Assembly (NCBI GenBank): GCA_011772865.1
Contig: WVYQ01000036.1
Location: 27,178-91,177, forward strand
Source: Woeseiaceae bacterium
GTDB lineage: Bacteria > Pseudomonadota > Gammaproteobacteria > Steroidobacterales > Woeseiaceae
DNA length: 64,000 bases
Direction: 5' to 3'
This document shows positions 18,882-30,595 of the stretch, in pieces (positions within the stretch are counted from its first letter, which is position 1; every line of letters begins with the position of its first letter). A model generated the notes under the pieces. The model made no database searches. It worked only from the letters and a program-made list of their open reading frames with translations, and was not told the origin of the DNA. A program made the translations under genes and the position numbers.

Positions 18882-19637
18882 GTGACCTGGGTCACATACC
18901 TTTTGCGGACTTTGTACGGGTTCTACGGGTGGCTCGTATTCGGCCTGTGCTGCATATATGGGCTTCTCGTAACAATTATTGTCCCGTTTGCGACGTTACG
19001 CCATCGCCTGAGCGCCGGCGCGGCGCGGGCCGTTTTCGTGCTGGGCGGCGTCCCGGCACGGGTAGCCGGCCTGGAGAATCTGCCCGAAGGCAATGCTGTC
19101 GTGGTTGCCAATCACGCCAGCTACGTTGACGGAGTCTTGCTCAGAGGATACCTGCCCTATCGTTTCTCGTTTGTGATCAAGGGAGAAATGCGTAATGTAC
19201 CGGTCGCCCATTTCCTGCTGCGCCGGTCCGGTTCGAGATTTGTCGAACGGCACGAACAGAGTGCCAGCAGTCGCGATGCGCGTCAGATCGTCAAGGCGGC
19301 GCTGGGCGGCCAGTCGCTGGCGTTTTTCCCGGAGGGAACGTTTCGGGGCGAGCCCGGCCTCGGCCGCTTTCGACCGGGTGCGTTTGTCGCAGCGGTCAAG
19401 GGGGATATGCCGATCGTACCGGTGGCAATTTTCGGCACCCGTGAAATGCTGCCCGAAGGCCGGTTGTGGCCGTGGCCCGTACGGCCACGCATTGAAATTC
19501 TGCCCCCGATCCCGACGTCTGATGCAGCGTTCGAAAATCACAAGGTGCTCGCGGAGAAAGCGCGTCAGCACATACTGGCCGTGCTAGGCGAGCCCGATCT
19601 GTGTAAAGTATCGCCCGCGAATTCTAATGAGGATTAA
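18882..19637 (+). CDS. Lysophospholipid (PlsC-family) acyltransferase
   Basis: 251 aa, GTG start. N-terminal TM, HX4D motif NHASYVDG, and FPEGTF motif. Confidence 0.75.
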   Translation: MTWVTYLLRTLYGFYGWLVFGLCCIYGLLVTIIVPFATLRHRLSAGAARAVFVLGGVPARVAGLENLPEGNAVVVANHASYVDGVLLRGYLPYRFSFVIKGEMRNVPVAHFLLRRSGSRFVERHEQSASSRDARQIVKAALGGQSLAFFPEGTFRGEPGLGRFRPGAFVAAVKGDMPIVPVAIFGTREMLPEGRLWPWPVRPRIEILPPIPTSDAAFENHKVLAEKARQHILAVLGEPDLCKVSPANSNED

Positions 19638-19640
19638 AAA

Positions 19641-20822
19641 ATGAGTTCAGCACCGGTCGTCATCGTCGCGGCCAAGCGCACGCCCATCGGAGCCTTCCAG
19701 GGCGTCTTGTCCCCGGCTGCGGCACCGGATCTCGGCGCGGCGGCCATTGCCGGCGCCATCGCAGACTGCGGAATTGATGCTGCCGATATCGACCAGGTAC
19801 TGATGGGCTGTGTCCTTCCGGCAGGCCTCGGCCAGGCGCCGGCCCGGCAGGCCGCGATCAATGCCGGCATTCCGGTAGGTGCCGCTTGCACCACGATTAA
19901 CAAGATGTGCGGCTCGGGCATGAAAACGATCATGCTGGCTCACGACCAGATCAAGGCCGGCAGTGCCGCCGTGGTCGTTGCCGGGGGACTCGAGTCGATG
20001 ACCAACGCACCGTACCTGCTTCCCAAGTCTCGCGCGGGCTATCGCATGGGCCACCAGGAGGTGCTCGACCACATGTTCTACGACGGCCTGCAGGATCCCT
20101 GGCAGGGCCAAATGATGGGCCACTATGCCGAGGAGACGGCGAAGAAGTACGGATTCAGCCGTGAAGAGCAGGATGCGTTCGCGATCGAGTCGGTGACGCG
20201 GGCCCAGGCAGCAGTGGCAAACGGTACTTTCGACGCCGAGATATCGGCCGTGACGATGACTACGAGGAAGGGCGATGTCACGGTCGAAACGGACGAGACC
20301 CCGGGCACTGTCAGTATCGACAAGATCCCGACGCTGCGTCCCGCCTTCGCGAAAGACGGCACCGTAACCGCGGCATCGTCGTCGTCGATCTCGGACGGTG
20401 CATCGGCACTGATCCTGATGACGGCCGCCGAGGCCGAGAAGCGCGGGCTGGAACCGATCGCGACGCTTGTTGGCCACTCCAGCTTTGCGCAAGAACCGGC
20501 CTGGTTCACGACCTCACCGGTTTCCGCCATCAAGAATCTGCATGGGAAGCTCGGCTGGAGCCCCGACAGCGTCGATCTTTACGAGGTGAACGAAGCCTTC
20601 GCCGTGGTAACGATGGCCGCCATGCGCGATGTCGGCCTCGCTCACGATCACGTCAACGTCAACGGGGGTGCGTGCGCACTCGGTCATCCGATTGGCGCGT
20701 CGGGCGCCCGGATCACGACGACGCTGCTTTACGCGCTCAGGGCCCGGGGGATGAAGCGCGGAGTGGCATCACTTTGCATCGGCGGCGGAGAGGCCGTCGC
20801 GGTCGGTGTGGAACTCATTTAG
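19641..20822 (+). CDS. Acetyl-CoA C-acetyltransferase (thiolase II-like)
   Basis: 393 aa. Thiolase motifs NKMCGSGMK (active Cys), NEAFA, GGACALGHPIGASGAR, and CIGGGEA. Confidence 0.92.
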   Translation: MSSAPVVIVAAKRTPIGAFQGVLSPAAAPDLGAAAIAGAIADCGIDAADIDQVLMGCVLPAGLGQAPARQAAINAGIPVGAACTTINKMCGSGMKTIMLAHDQIKAGSAAVVVAGGLESMTNAPYLLPKSRAGYRMGHQEVLDHMFYDGLQDPWQGQMMGHYAEETAKKYGFSREEQDAFAIESVTRAQAAVANGTFDAEISAVTMTTRKGDVTVETDETPGTVSIDKIPTLRPAFAKDGTVTAASSSSISDGASALILMTAAEAEKRGLEPIATLVGHSSFAQEPAWFTTSPVSAIKNLHGKLGWSPDSVDLYEVNEAFAVVTMAAMRDVGLAHDHVNVNGGACALGHPIGASGARITTTLLYALRARGMKRGVASLCIGGGEAVAVGVELI

Positions 20823-20833
20823 GAGCGAATTTC

Positions 20834-21601
20834 ATGGATCTTGCTACAGCAAAAGCCGTCATTACGGGCGGCGCATCAGGTCTCGGGTATGCAACAGCGG
20901 AGCGCGTCATCAGCGCCGGCGGCCATGTCGTCCTGCTCGACATCAATGATGAACTCGGCCAGGACAGCGCCGCCAGGCTCGGCGATCGTGCGGCCTATAT
21001 CAGCACCGACGTCGCCGACGAGGACTCGGTCAAGGCAGCTATCAGCAGTGCGAACGAAATCATGGGTGGGATCACGTTAGCCGTAAATTGCGCCGGTATC
21101 GCGACAGCGGGCCGCACGCTGGGGCGCGAGGGTCCCTGGCCAACGGAGAAATTCAACAAGGTCATCCAGGTCAATCTCGTGGGCAGCTACAACGTCACCA
21201 AGGAAGCCGCCGCTTTCATGGCCCAGAATGAACCCGACGATGAAGGAGAACGGGGCGTCATCGTCAGCACGGCGTCGATCGCCGCTTTCGAGGGTCAGAT
21301 CGGCCAGGCAGCCTATTCCGCTTCCAAAGGCGGCGTCGTCGGCATGATGTTGCCGCTTGCGCGCGAGTTCGCCCAGTTTGGTATCCGCGTCAATACGATT
21401 GCGCCCGGCGTGTTCCTGACGCCGATGGTGGCCGGCATGCCCGAAGAGGTGCAGGAGTCACTCGGCAAGCAGGTACCGTTCCCACCCCGCCTCGGCCGCC
21501 CGGAGGAATATGCCGACACCGTCGAATTCATCTACGGCACGTCGATGGTGAACGGCGAAACCATCCGCGTGGATGGCGCCATCCGAATGCAGCCGAAGTA
21601 G
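20834..21601 (+). CDS. Short-chain dehydrogenase, 3-hydroxyacyl-CoA dehydrogenase type-2-like
   Basis: Start taken at ATG 20834 after AGGAG. TGGASGLG cofactor motif and YSASKGG catalytic motif. The track ORF from 20672 overlaps the thiolase gene. Confidence 0.8.
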   Translation: MDLATAKAVITGGASGLGYATAERVISAGGHVVLLDINDELGQDSAARLGDRAAYISTDVADEDSVKAAISSANEIMGGITLAVNCAGIATAGRTLGREGPWPTEKFNKVIQVNLVGSYNVTKEAAAFMAQNEPDDEGERGVIVSTASIAAFEGQIGQAAYSASKGGVVGMMLPLAREFAQFGIRVNTIAPGVFLTPMVAGMPEEVQESLGKQVPFPPRLGRPEEYADTVEFIYGTSMVNGETIRVDGAIRMQPK

Positions 21602-21615
21602 GCGCGCGACGGAGA

Positions 21616-21668
21616 AGCCGCTTACCGGAAGTAAAGCGCAGCGCAGCGAGCCATGAAGGTAAGCGGCT
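21616..21668. repeat. Perfect 11-bp inverted repeat between convergent genes
   Basis: AGCCGCTTACC (21616-21626) and GGTAAGCGGCT (21658-21668), separated by a 31-nt spacer. Confidence 0.6.
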
Positions 21669-21683
21669 ATCGCAGTCGCGCAC

Positions 21684-23333
21684 CTACATCCCTGAATAGT
21701 TGGGTCCGCCGCCGCCCTCGGGTACCGTCCACACGATGTTACGGGCGGGATCCTTGATATCGCAGGTTTTGCAGTGCACGCAGTTGGATGCGCTGATCTT
21801 GAACACCTTTTCGCCGGCCTCTTCGACCACTTCGTAGACGCCCGCCGGGCAGTAGCGTTGCGCGGGCTCGTCGTATTCCGGCAGGTTTTTCGCGATTGGG
21901 ACCGACTCGTCCTTCAGCTTGAGATGCGATGGCTGGTCTTCCTCGTGGTTTGTGCTCGACAGGAAGACTGATGACAAGCGGTCAAAAGTAATCACGCCAT
22001 CGGGCTTGGGATAATCGATCTGCTTCGACTCCGACGCTTTGTCGAGCGTCTCGTGATCATGGCGAGGATTGCGCCAGGTGAAAGGCAAGCGACCGAAGAA
22101 AATGTTCTGGTCGATGAATGTGAATGCCGCACCCCAGAACGTTCCGAACTTGACGAGCGCCGGGCCGAAATTGCGAGCGCTGTGTAATTCCTTGTAGACC
22201 CATGATGCTTTGACGCTGTCCTCAAAACCTGCCAGTTCCGACTGACCTTCATCTCCCGAGGCGAGCGCATCGTGAATTGCCTCGGCGGCGAGCATGCCGG
22301 TCTTGATGGCCGTATGGGCGCCCTTGATCTTGACGCCGTTCAAAAAGCCCGCACAACAGCCGACGAGCATGCCGCCCGGAAACGTGAGCTTCGGGAGCGA
22401 TTGCAGGCCGCCTTTATTCACGGCGCGCGCGCCGTAACCGATGCGGTTGCCGCCTTCGAGGTATTGGCGGATTTTCGGATGCAGTTTCCAGCGTTGGAAC
22501 TCCTCGAACGGCGACAGGTACGGATTGCTGTAATCGAGGGCGACGATCAGCCCCAGGTAGACCTGGTTATTCTCCGCGTGATACAGGAAACCACCACCCT
22601 CGGTGTGACTGTCAAGAGGCCAGCCGGCCGTATGAACGACGAGACCTTCCCGGTGCTTTTCGGGATCGATCTCCCACGCCTCCTTGATGCCGATTCCATA
22701 ATGCTGCGGATCCGCATCCGCGCGCAGGTCGAAGCGTTCGATCAGTTGTTCTCCGAGGTTGCCGCGCACGCCCTCGGCAAAGACCGTGTACTTGCCGAGC
22801 AGTTCATAACCAGGCTGGTAGGAGTCTTTTCTCTGCCCGTCCTTGCCGACGCCCAGATCGCTCGTCGCGACCCCGGTCACTCGACCGTCCGCATCGTACA
22901 AGATCTCGGACGCCGCAAAACCAGGAAAGACATTCACACCGAGCCCTTCAGCCTGCTCGCCGAGCCATTGGCACAGGCGCCCAAGACTGATGATGTAGTT
23001 ACCCTTGTTGTGCATTGGCCTGGGCACGAAAAGCCCGGGCGTGCGGATCCCTTTTTCGGCACTCGTCAGGAAATAGACGTCGTCACCGCTGACTGCAGTT
23101 TTCACGGGCGCGCCGAGTTCCTGCCAGTTCGGGAACAGCTCGTTGAGTCCGGTCGGCTCGAAGACATTGCCAGAGAGTATGTGGGCGCCAATCTCCGAGC
23201 CCTTTTCGACGACGACAACAGAAAGATTGGCGTCGAGTTGCATGAGCCGACATGCCGCTGCAAGGCCTGCCGGGCCGCCACCGACGATGACGACGTCGAA
23301 TTCCATGGATTCGCGTTCTAGTGGTTCTGTCAT
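21684..23333 (-). CDS. Electron-transfer flavoprotein:ubiquinone oxidoreductase
   Basis: Start trimmed to ATG 23333 (MTEPLERESMEFDVVIVGGGPAGL). C-terminal 4Fe-4S motif CVHCKTCDIKDP. Confidence 0.92.
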   Translation of the reverse strand: MTEPLERESMEFDVVIVGGGPAGLAAACRLMQLDANLSVVVVEKGSEIGAHILSGNVFEPTGLNELFPNWQELGAPVKTAVSGDDVYFLTSAEKGIRTPGLFVPRPMHNKGNYIISLGRLCQWLGEQAEGLGVNVFPGFAASEILYDADGRVTGVATSDLGVGKDGQRKDSYQPGYELLGKYTVFAEGVRGNLGEQLIERFDLRADADPQHYGIGIKEAWEIDPEKHREGLVVHTAGWPLDSHTEGGGFLYHAENNQVYLGLIVALDYSNPYLSPFEEFQRWKLHPKIRQYLEGGNRIGYGARAVNKGGLQSLPKLTFPGGMLVGCCAGFLNGVKIKGAHTAIKTGMLAAEAIHDALASGDEGQSELAGFEDSVKASWVYKELHSARNFGPALVKFGTFWGAAFTFIDQNIFFGRLPFTWRNPRHDHETLDKASESKQIDYPKPDGVITFDRLSSVFLSSTNHEEDQPSHLKLKDESVPIAKNLPEYDEPAQRYCPAGVYEVVEEAGEKVFKISASNCVHCKTCDIKDPARNIVWTVPEGGGGPNYSGM

Positions 23334-23382
23334 ATCAGGCTGACTCGGAGATAGAATTGCGGTCGGCACGTCCGGTGCCGCA

Positions 23383-24492
23383 ATGAGGATAACCGGTATC
23401 TTGACCATTCGCGAGGCTTACGAGGCAAGCCTGCGGTCCCACGGCCACGAGCAGGACCCGGCGCAGCTCGAGATCGTCGACCACCTCGAAGGGTTGCGGC
23501 GGCAGCTCCACTCACGCCGGCCCAAACGCGGCTTTGCGCGGTTGTTTCAGAGGAGCGCGACGACAAAAGATTCCGCGGTGAAAGGTCTCTATATCTGGGG
23601 CGGCGTTGGACGCGGCAAAACGTTCCTGATGGACATTTTTTTCGAAGCGCTGGATATCGAACACAAGAAGCGGATCCACTTTCACCGGATCATGCGAGAA
23701 GTTCACGAGCGTCTGAATCTGCTCGGCGACACGGAGGATCCGCTCGACAAGGTTGCCGCGGATATCGCCCGGGAAACGCGTGTACTGTGCTTTGATGAAT
23801 TCTTTGTCAGCGACATCGGCGACGCGATGATCCTGGGCCGCTTGCTGGACGGCCTGTTCCGTCGCGGCGTCACTCTCGTTGCGACTTCCAATGCGCATCC
23901 TGATGACCTTTATAAAGACGGATTACAGCGGCAGCGGTTTCTGCCAGCCATCCAGAGTCTCATCGAACACACCGCGGTCGTGGAAATCGATGGTGCGACC
24001 GACTACCGCCTGCGTCTCCTGCAGCAAGCGGGCACTTACATCTCGCCCGATGATGAGAATGCGCGAGAACGCCTGCAACACGTGTTCGACGACTCCGCAT
24101 CCAGCCAGATCGTTCGCGATACAACGCTCGATGTAAACGGTCGTGACGTGCGGGTAAGGCTGTGCGCGAAAGGAATAGCGTGGTTCGAATTTGAAGACCT
24201 GTGCGACGGGCCGCGGAGCCACAACGACTATATCGAGATCGCACGCTGGTATCCGACCGTCATCGTCTCGGGCGTACCCGCTCTCGACCATGACCTCGAG
24301 GACCAGGCGCGCCGATTTATCGCCCTAGTCGACGAGTTCTACGATCGCCGGGTCAAACTGATCCTGTCAGCGGCAGCACCGGCAGCTTCGCTGTACAGCG
24401 GCGGCAAGCTTCAGTTCGAATTCGACAGAACCGTCAGCCGACTCACCGAAATGCAGTCAACCGACTACCTGGCTGCACCTCACCTGGCGTAA
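23383..24492 (+). CDS. zapE: AFG1-like ATPase / cell division protein ZapE
   Basis: 369 aa. Walker A GGVGRGKTFLMD, Walker B VLCFDEFFVSD. Confidence 0.85.
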   Translation: MRITGILTIREAYEASLRSHGHEQDPAQLEIVDHLEGLRRQLHSRRPKRGFARLFQRSATTKDSAVKGLYIWGGVGRGKTFLMDIFFEALDIEHKKRIHFHRIMREVHERLNLLGDTEDPLDKVAADIARETRVLCFDEFFVSDIGDAMILGRLLDGLFRRGVTLVATSNAHPDDLYKDGLQRQRFLPAIQSLIEHTAVVEIDGATDYRLRLLQQAGTYISPDDENARERLQHVFDDSASSQIVRDTTLDVNGRDVRVRLCAKGIAWFEFEDLCDGPRSHNDYIEIARWYPTVIVSGVPALDHDLEDQARRFIALVDEFYDRRVKLILSAAAPAASLYSGGKLQFEFDRTVSRLTEMQSTDYLAAPHLA

Positions 24493-24533
24493 ACTGCGGG
24501 CCTGAGCGGTTTCAATCGCAACAAATAACCATT

Positions 24534-24980
24534 ATGAAAGACGAACTGATCCTCGAAGATTTCCTGCCTTACCGGTTGTCGATTACCTCACACACCGTCA
24601 GCACCAATATCGCGCGCGTGTATGAAAAACGTTTTGGAGTATCCATCCCCGAGTGGCGCGTCATTGCGATCCTGGGGCGCTATCCCGGGCTATCGGCGGT
24701 CGAAGTCGCCGAGCGGACACTCATGGACAAGGTAGCCGTCAGCCGGGCCGTAACGAAGCTGATAAAGAATGGCCGCATTGACCGGCAGTTCGCCGATGCC
24801 GACAGGCGCCGCTCGATCCTGAACCTGTCGGAGGAAGGATGGAATGTCCACAACGAAATTGCGCCTTTGGCGCTCGCGTTCGAACAGGAACTCGTCGAAG
24901 ACATCAGCGTTGAGGATTACAACAAGTTCAACGCTATTCTCGAGCAATTGCTCGAAAAGGCCCGGCAGTTGGGCAACTAG
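24534..24980 (+). CDS. MarR-family transcriptional regulator
   Basis: 148 aa. Winged HTH (PEWRVIAILGRYPGLSAVEVAERTLMDKVAVSRAVTKL). Confidence 0.85.
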   Translation: MKDELILEDFLPYRLSITSHTVSTNIARVYEKRFGVSIPEWRVIAILGRYPGLSAVEVAERTLMDKVAVSRAVTKLIKNGRIDRQFADADRRRSILNLSEEGWNVHNEIAPLALAFEQELVEDISVEDYNKFNAILEQLLEKARQLGN

Positions 24981-24999
24981 AAAGCCTGGAGATTAGCGA

Positions 25000-27900
25000 G
25001 TGGCACGAAAAGAAATGCGTCGCGGCAGCGACCGCAAGGCCGGCATCGTCCAGGACATCCTCGCTGCTCGTGTAGCATCGGATCTCCTTTCCAGCCGCGC
25101 CCAGGTCCGCGAGTTCCTGACCCAGTATGTTGCCGATGTTCCGGTCGAGGACCTGGAGGGTCGCTCAACCGAGGTAATGGCCCGTATTGCGCTCAGCCAC
25201 CTGGACTTTGCCGCAGTTCGCCGAAAAGGTCAGGCCAAGCTCAGAATCTACAACCCGACTGAAGACGAGCACGGCTACGTGTCTGCCTACACGTTCGTCG
25301 AGATGATTAACGATGACATGCCTTTTCTCGTCAATTCGGTTTCCGCGGCGATCAACCGTTTCGAGCTCGGAGTCCACATCACGGTACACCCGATCATTCG
25401 CGTTCAACGGGACGAAAAAGGGCAGTTGCAGTCGGTCTGCAAACCGGGCGATGCGGGCGGACAGCCCGAATCCTTTATCCGGCTTGCCATTGGCAGGGAA
25501 ACTGACCCGAAGCGACTGAAAGCACTCGAAGCCGAGATTCGAACCGTGCTGTCGGACGTGCGCCTGGCTGTTCGTGACTGGCACAAGATGCGGTCAAGAA
25601 TGGAAGAAAGGATCGAGCAGCTGAATTTTGGCCCACGCCGGGCCGATGCAACGCTGCGCGAAGAAAGTCAGGCTTTCCTGCGATGGCTCGTCGATGATCA
25701 CTTCACGTTCCTCGGCTACCGCGAATACCGGCTCAAGGATCGTAATGGCAAGGTGTTCCTGACACCTGTCGAGGGCAGTGCGCTGGGCCTGTTGTCGGGC
25801 CGTGGCCGCAAAGGTCATACGATCGAATTGACGACCGAGATGCGCCGGCTACGGCGCAGTCGCGACTGGCTGATCCTGACCAAGGCCAATTCGCGATCGA
25901 CGGTACACAGGAATGCGTATCTCGATTATGTCGGCGTCAAAATCTACGATGAAACGGGCAAGGCCTGCGGCGAGCACCGATTCATCGGTCTATTTGCATC
26001 TCCGGCGTACAGCGAAATGCCGAGCAATATTCCGTTGCTGCGCCACAAAATCAGAAAGGTATTCGAACGTGCCCACCTGGAACCTGTCGGCCACCGCGGC
26101 AAAGCGCTGCTGCATATCATCAATACGTATCCTCGAGACGAGCTGTTTCATGCATCGGTGCAGGATCTCGCCCGAACGACGATCGGCATTCTCAATTTAC
26201 AGGATCGGCAACGGGTCAGGTTCTTCCTGAGACGGGACACATTTCGGCGATTTTTCTCCTGCCTCGTATTCGTACCCAAGGAAAAATACACGACCCGTGT
26301 GCGACGGGAAGTAGAGAAAATTCTCAAGGATGCGTTTGGTGGCACATCAGTCGATTCGAGTGTCCAGATTTCGGACTCAGCACTGGCCCGCGTGCGCTTG
26401 ATCGTGCACACGCCGTCGGGCGACCGGCCGCGTATCAGCATCAACGCGATCGAAGACATGATTGCAGACGTGGTCGTCACCTGGTCGGACAGGCTGCGCG
26501 ATGAACTGAATAAGGAACTTGGTGCCGATGAAGGAGCGCGACTGCACCGCAAGTATCGTGATGCCTTCCCGCCCGGTTACCAGAACGATGTTTCGCCGCG
26601 CGAAGCATGCTCCGACGTCGGCTGCATCGAAAAGATGCTCGCCGAAGGCCAGCAACGAACTGTCGAACTCTACGAACCGGAAGGGTGCGAACCGGGCCAT
26701 ATGCACTTCATGCTCTACAGCTTCGATGAGCCACTCGCACTATCGGACGCCATGCCCGTGCTCGAAGACATGGGTGTCGACGTCTACACGGAGCATCCCT
26801 ACGAGTTGACGTTGGGTTCGGAGCAATTGTTCTGGATCCAGGATTTCCATTTGCGTCACAAAGGCGGTGGCCAGCTCGACCGCAACGTCGTGGCGCCGCG
26901 ATTCGAACAGTGTTTCCTCCAGGCGCTTTCCGGAGAAGTAGAAACCGACGGACTGAACCGGCTGATACTCGGCGCGAAGCTCGATTCGAGGCAGACGACG
27001 CTGATGCGCTGCTACATGAAATACCTGCTGCAGCTCGGCATGCCGTTCAGCCAGTCCTACATGGAAGACGTGCTGGGCGCACACCCGGCGCTCGCCAACC
27101 TCCTCGTCGAACAGTTCGAAATGCAGTTCGATCCTTCGATTCCGAACGGCAAACGCAAGACCGGGCTCGCTAACCTCATACCGTCCGTAAACCGCGCGGT
27201 CGCAAAGGCCCAAAACGTTGACGAGGACCGTATATTGTCGGCGTTCTCCGGCGCTATTTCGGCAACACTGCGAACGAATTACTTCCAGTCCGAAGCCGAT
27301 GGCAGGCGTAAGTCATACATTTCGATAAAGCTCGATCCCGCCGTTATTCGCGAAATGCCGTTGCCGCGACCCCGGTACGAAATTTTCGTCTATTCACCCG
27401 AAGTGGAAGGTGTACACCTGCGCGGCGGCGAAATCGCCCGAGGCGGCTTGCGCTGGTCGGACCGTCGCGAGGATTTCCGTACCGAGATTCTGGGTCTGAT
27501 GAAGGCCCAGGTCGTCAAGAACACGGTCATTGTGCCAACAGGCGCCAAGGGCGGCTTTTTCCCGAAGCGGCCGCCAAAAGGCGACCGCGATGCGATTCTC
27601 GAGAACGGTATCCGTTGCTACAAGACTTTTGTCAGTGGTTTGCTCGACATCACCGACAACGTCGTCGACAACGTCGTCGTAACACCCGCCAATGTGGTGC
27701 GCCGCGACGGCGATGACCCATACCTCGTCGTAGCAGCGGACAAGGGGACGGCAGCATTCTCCGATATCGCTAACGAATTGTCAGCGAGTTACGGCTTCTG
27801 GCTCGACGACGCATTCGCATCCGGCGGGTCCGCCGGCTACGACCACAAGAAAATGGGTATCACGGCCCGTGGCGGCTGGGAAGCCGTCAAACGCCACTTC

Positions 27901-29829
27901 CGGGAGCTTGGTGTCAACATCCAGAAGGAATCGTTCTCGGTTGCCGGCATCGGTGACATGAGTGGCGATGTGTTCGGTAACGGTATGTTGCTGTCGCGCA
28001 AGATTCGCCTGGTCGCGGCATTCAATCATCTGCACATCTTCCTCGACCCGGACCCGGAGCTCGCGTCGAGTTTTCGCGAGCGCCAGCGCCTGTTCCGCAA
28101 ACCACGGTCGGGCTGGAACGATTATGACGCGTCGATCATTTCCAAGGGTGGAGGCGTCTACTCGCGGCAGGCGAAGACTATTCGGCTGAGCGCCGAAGCT
28201 CGGCGCCTGCTCGGCGCGAGCGAAATCACGATGCAGCCCGACCAGCTTGTTCGCGCCATCTTGCGCATGAAGGTCGATCTGCTCTGGAATGGCGGCATCG
28301 GCACCTACGTCAAGGCCAGCAGCGAGGGGCATAGCGACGTCGGCGACCACACGAACGACAGTGTGCGCGTCAATGCGGACGACCTTCGCTGCAAGGTTGT
28401 CGGTGAAGGCGGTAACCTCGGACTGACGCAGCGTGCACGCATCGAGTTCTGTCAGAACGGTGGCAAGATCAACACAGACTTCATCGACAATTCGGGCGGC
28501 GTTGATAGTTCCGACCGCGAAGTCAACATCAAGATCCTGCTCAGCGATGTTGCCAAGCACACGAAGATGTCGCGCGACAAGCGTAACCGCCTGCTCGCGT
28601 CAATGACTGACGAAGTCGCCGATCTCGTATTGCGCAACAATTACTTGCAAACCCAGGCCATCAGTATGAGTGAGGTAAGGTCGGTCGAACGGATCGACGA
28701 GATGGCTCGCCTGATCACGAACCTGGAGAAAACGGGGCTTCTTGACCGGGAACTCGAGTTCCTGCCCGACGAGGCGGAGATCGAGGATCGGCGATTGCGC
28801 AAGCAGGGGCTCACGCGCCCCGAACTCGCGGTCGTGCTCAGCTACGCCAAGATCGACCTGTACGACGGTCTCATTGCGTCGGGGCAAACCCTGGAAGACT
28901 TCCTGGTCGTCGACCCGCTGCGCTATTTTCCGACCGTGTTGCGCCGGCGTTACACCGAGTTCATACCCGGCCATCGCCTGAGCCGCGAGATTCTCGCAAC
29001 CCTGATCGCGAACGATCTCATCAATCGTATGGGACCGTCGTTCGTCAAACGCGTCCAGGTAGACACCCGTGCCGACGTGGTGACAATTGCACGCGCCTAC
29101 ACTGTCGCTCGACAGATCTGCCAGGCCGGTCCGCTCTGGAAGATGATCGAGGAACTCGACAATGAATTGCCGGCAGCCGTGCAGGTTGCCTTGCTTTTCG
29201 AGATCAGCCGCTCGCTGCGACATGCGTGCTACTGGCTCATCGAGCGCTTCGGCGACGAATTGACGATCGCGCCGACAGTCGATCGTCTCAAGGACAACAT
29301 GGTCGCCGTATACACGCGTACCGGTTCGATCATGTCGACCTCGGCAAGCGTCCGCCACCAGAAGGCGGCCGAAACCTACATGGAGAGGAGCGTGCCTGAG
29401 AAGCTTGCACACCGGATGTCGCATCTGCTGCTGACGCGGCCGGCTCTGGACATGTCCGATCTCGCCGCATCGTACAAACCCGACGCGCTCGATCTGGCCC
29501 GACTGTATTCGGCAACCAACGAGAAACTGGGCATTTACTGGCTCCATGTCGCAGCCGAGGATCTGCAATACGAGGATCGGTGGCAGGCCATCGCAAGGGG
29601 CAAGCTGCGCGACGAGTTCTTCAAGATGCGTCGCGAACTCGCCGAACAGATCCTGCGTCGCAGGGGCAAAAATGCGATACCGGAGGCCGTCGACAAATGG
29701 CTCGCAGCTCGCAGCGACAGAGTCGATCGATTCGTGAACCTGATCGAGGAAATGAAGCTACGTCCGGAGATCGACTTTGCTACCCTGTCGGTCGCGGCGC
29801 AGGAGTTCCGCGATCTCATAGCGAACTGA
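25000..29829 (+). CDS. gdhB: NAD-specific glutamate dehydrogenase, large (about 180 kDa) class
   Basis: 1609 aa. Size and motifs of the Bac_GDH family ([45 protein letters not shown]). GTG 25000 or ATG 25015. Confidence 0.9.
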   Translation: MARKEMRRGSDRKAGIVQDILAARVASDLLSSRAQVREFLTQYVADVPVEDLEGRSTEVMARIALSHLDFAAVRRKGQAKLRIYNPTEDEHGYVSAYTFVEMINDDMPFLVNSVSAAINRFELGVHITVHPIIRVQRDEKGQLQSVCKPGDAGGQPESFIRLAIGRETDPKRLKALEAEIRTVLSDVRLAVRDWHKMRSRMEERIEQLNFGPRRADATLREESQAFLRWLVDDHFTFLGYREYRLKDRNGKVFLTPVEGSALGLLSGRGRKGHTIELTTEMRRLRRSRDWLILTKANSRSTVHRNAYLDYVGVKIYDETGKACGEHRFIGLFASPAYSEMPSNIPLLRHKIRKVFERAHLEPVGHRGKALLHIINTYPRDELFHASVQDLARTTIGILNLQDRQRVRFFLRRDTFRRFFSCLVFVPKEKYTTRVRREVEKILKDAFGGTSVDSSVQISDSALARVRLIVHTPSGDRPRISINAIEDMIADVVVTWSDRLRDELNKELGADEGARLHRKYRDAFPPGYQNDVSPREACSDVGCIEKMLAEGQQRTVELYEPEGCEPGHMHFMLYSFDEPLALSDAMPVLEDMGVDVYTEHPYELTLGSEQLFWIQDFHLRHKGGGQLDRNVVAPRFEQCFLQALSGEVETDGLNRLILGAKLDSRQTTLMRCYMKYLLQLGMPFSQSYMEDVLGAHPALANLLVEQFEMQFDPSIPNGKRKTGLANLIPSVNRAVAKAQNVDEDRILSAFSGAISATLRTNYFQSEADGRRKSYISIKLDPAVIREMPLPRPRYEIFVYSPEVEGVHLRGGEIARGGLRWSDRREDFRTEILGLMKAQVVKNTVIVPTGAKGGFFPKRPPKGDRDAILENGIRCYKTFVSGLLDITDNVVDNVVVTPANVVRRDGDDPYLVVAADKGTAAFSDIANELSASYGFWLDDAFASGGSAGYDHKKMGITARGGWEAVKRHFRELGVNIQKESFSVAGIGDMSGDVFGNGMLLSRKIRLVAAFNHLHIFLDPDPELASSFRERQRLFRKPRSGWNDYDASIISKGGGVYSRQAKTIRLSAEARRLLGASEITMQPDQLVRAILRMKVDLLWNGGIGTYVKASSEGHSDVGDHTNDSVRVNADDLRCKVVGEGGNLGLTQRARIEFCQNGGKINTDFIDNSGGVDSSDREVNIKILLSDVAKHTKMSRDKRNRLLASMTDEVADLVLRNNYLQTQAISMSEVRSVERIDEMARLITNLEKTGLLDRELEFLPDEAEIEDRRLRKQGLTRPELAVVLSYAKIDLYDGLIASGQTLEDFLVVDPLRYFPTVLRRRYTEFIPGHRLSREILATLIANDLINRMGPSFVKRVQVDTRADVVTIARAYTVARQICQAGPLWKMIEELDNELPAAVQVALLFEISRSLRHACYWLIERFGDELTIAPTVDRLKDNMVAVYTRTGSIMSTSASVRHQKAAETYMERSVPEKLAHRMSHLLLTRPALDMSDLAASYKPDALDLARLYSATNEKLGIYWLHVAAEDLQYEDRWQAIARGKLRDEFFKMRRELAEQILRRRGKNAIPEAVDKWLAARSDRVDRFVNLIEEMKLRPEIDFATLSVAAQEFRDLIAN

Positions 29830-29851
29830 CACCACACACAACGGAGAAATC

Positions 29852-30595
29852 ATGGCGGGCAAGCTCGTACTCTGTCGCCACGGCCAGAGCGAATGGAATC
29901 TGAAGAACCTGTTTACAGGTTGGAAAGACGTCGACCTCACCGAACAGGGAATACAAGAAGCAGTCGATGCAGGGCGTCTGCTAAAGGAACTCGGCTACGA
30001 ATTCGACATTGCCTTTACGTCCGTGCTCAAGAGGGCCATCCGAACGCTCTGGATCATGCTCGACGAGATGGACCTGATGTGGATACCGGTCGTCAGGGAC
30101 TGGCGGCTCAACGAGAGGCATTATGGCGCGCTGCAGGGCCTCAACAAGGCCGAGACGGCGGCCAAATACGGGGATGACCAGGTCCACATCTGGCGCCGCA
30201 GCTATGATATTCCGCCCCCGGAGCTCGATGTCGACGACGAGCGGCACCCGTCCCACGATGCGCGCTATGCCGGCATCGACAACCTGCCTGCCACCGAATC
30301 GCTGGCACTCACGCTCGAGCGGGTCCGTCCAAGCTGGGAACAACTGATTGCGCCGGAGCTGCGGGCAGGCAAGGACGTGCTCGTTGCGGCCCATGGCAAC
30401 AGCCTGCGGGCGCTCGTCAAGATGCTCGACGAGGTGTCGGACGAGGAAATCACCGGGTTCAATATCCCGACCGGTGTCCCGCTCGCTTATGAGCTCGATG
30501 ATGACCTGAGGCCCGTGTCGCGCGAGTTCCTCGGTGACCCTGAGGAAATCGCCAAAGCTGCGGCGGCCGTCGCCGCGCAAGGAAAGGCGCAGTGA
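29852..30595 (+). CDS. gpmA: 2,3-bisphosphoglycerate-dependent phosphoglycerate mutase
   Basis: 247 aa. [10 protein letters not shown] catalytic His motif, RHYGALQG, and [10 protein letters not shown]. Confidence 0.95.
   Translation: MAGKLVLCRHGQSEWNLKNLFTGWKDVDLTEQGIQEAVDAGRLLKELGYEFDIAFTSVLKRAIRTLWIMLDEMDLMWIPVVRDWRLNERHYGALQGLNKAETAAKYGDDQVHIWRRSYDIPPPELDVDDERHPSHDARYAGIDNLPATESLALTLERVRPSWEQLIAPELRAGKDVLVAAHGNSLRALVKMLDEVSDEEITGFNIPTGVPLAYELDDDLRPVSREFLGDPEEIAKAAAAVAAQGKAQ

Noticed and set aside
17786-18895. A tyrosine recombinase as the integrase of a mobile element next to tRNA-Leu.
   Set aside because: The sequence and the dsbC adjacency fit housekeeping XerD. The N-terminal 56-aa extension in the track is unsupported. 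No att-like direct repeat of the tRNA 3' end was seen.
21616-21668. The 11-bp inverted repeat as a bidirectional intrinsic terminator, or as a copy of the island repeat.
   Set aside because: The 31-nt loop and the lack of flanking T/A tracts make a classical terminator unlikely. Similarity to the island repeat is limited to CCGCTTAC. It is kept only as an annotated inverted repeat.
23334-23408. Upstream-extended starts in the track for ETF-QO (23408), the acyl-CoA ligase (34581), moaA (43745), ACAD1 (43515), the SDR (20672) and trxA (56151).
   Set aside because: The extensions overlap neighbouring genes or intergenic promoters and precede the family-typical N-termini. Internal ATG starts with plausible spacing were preferred.
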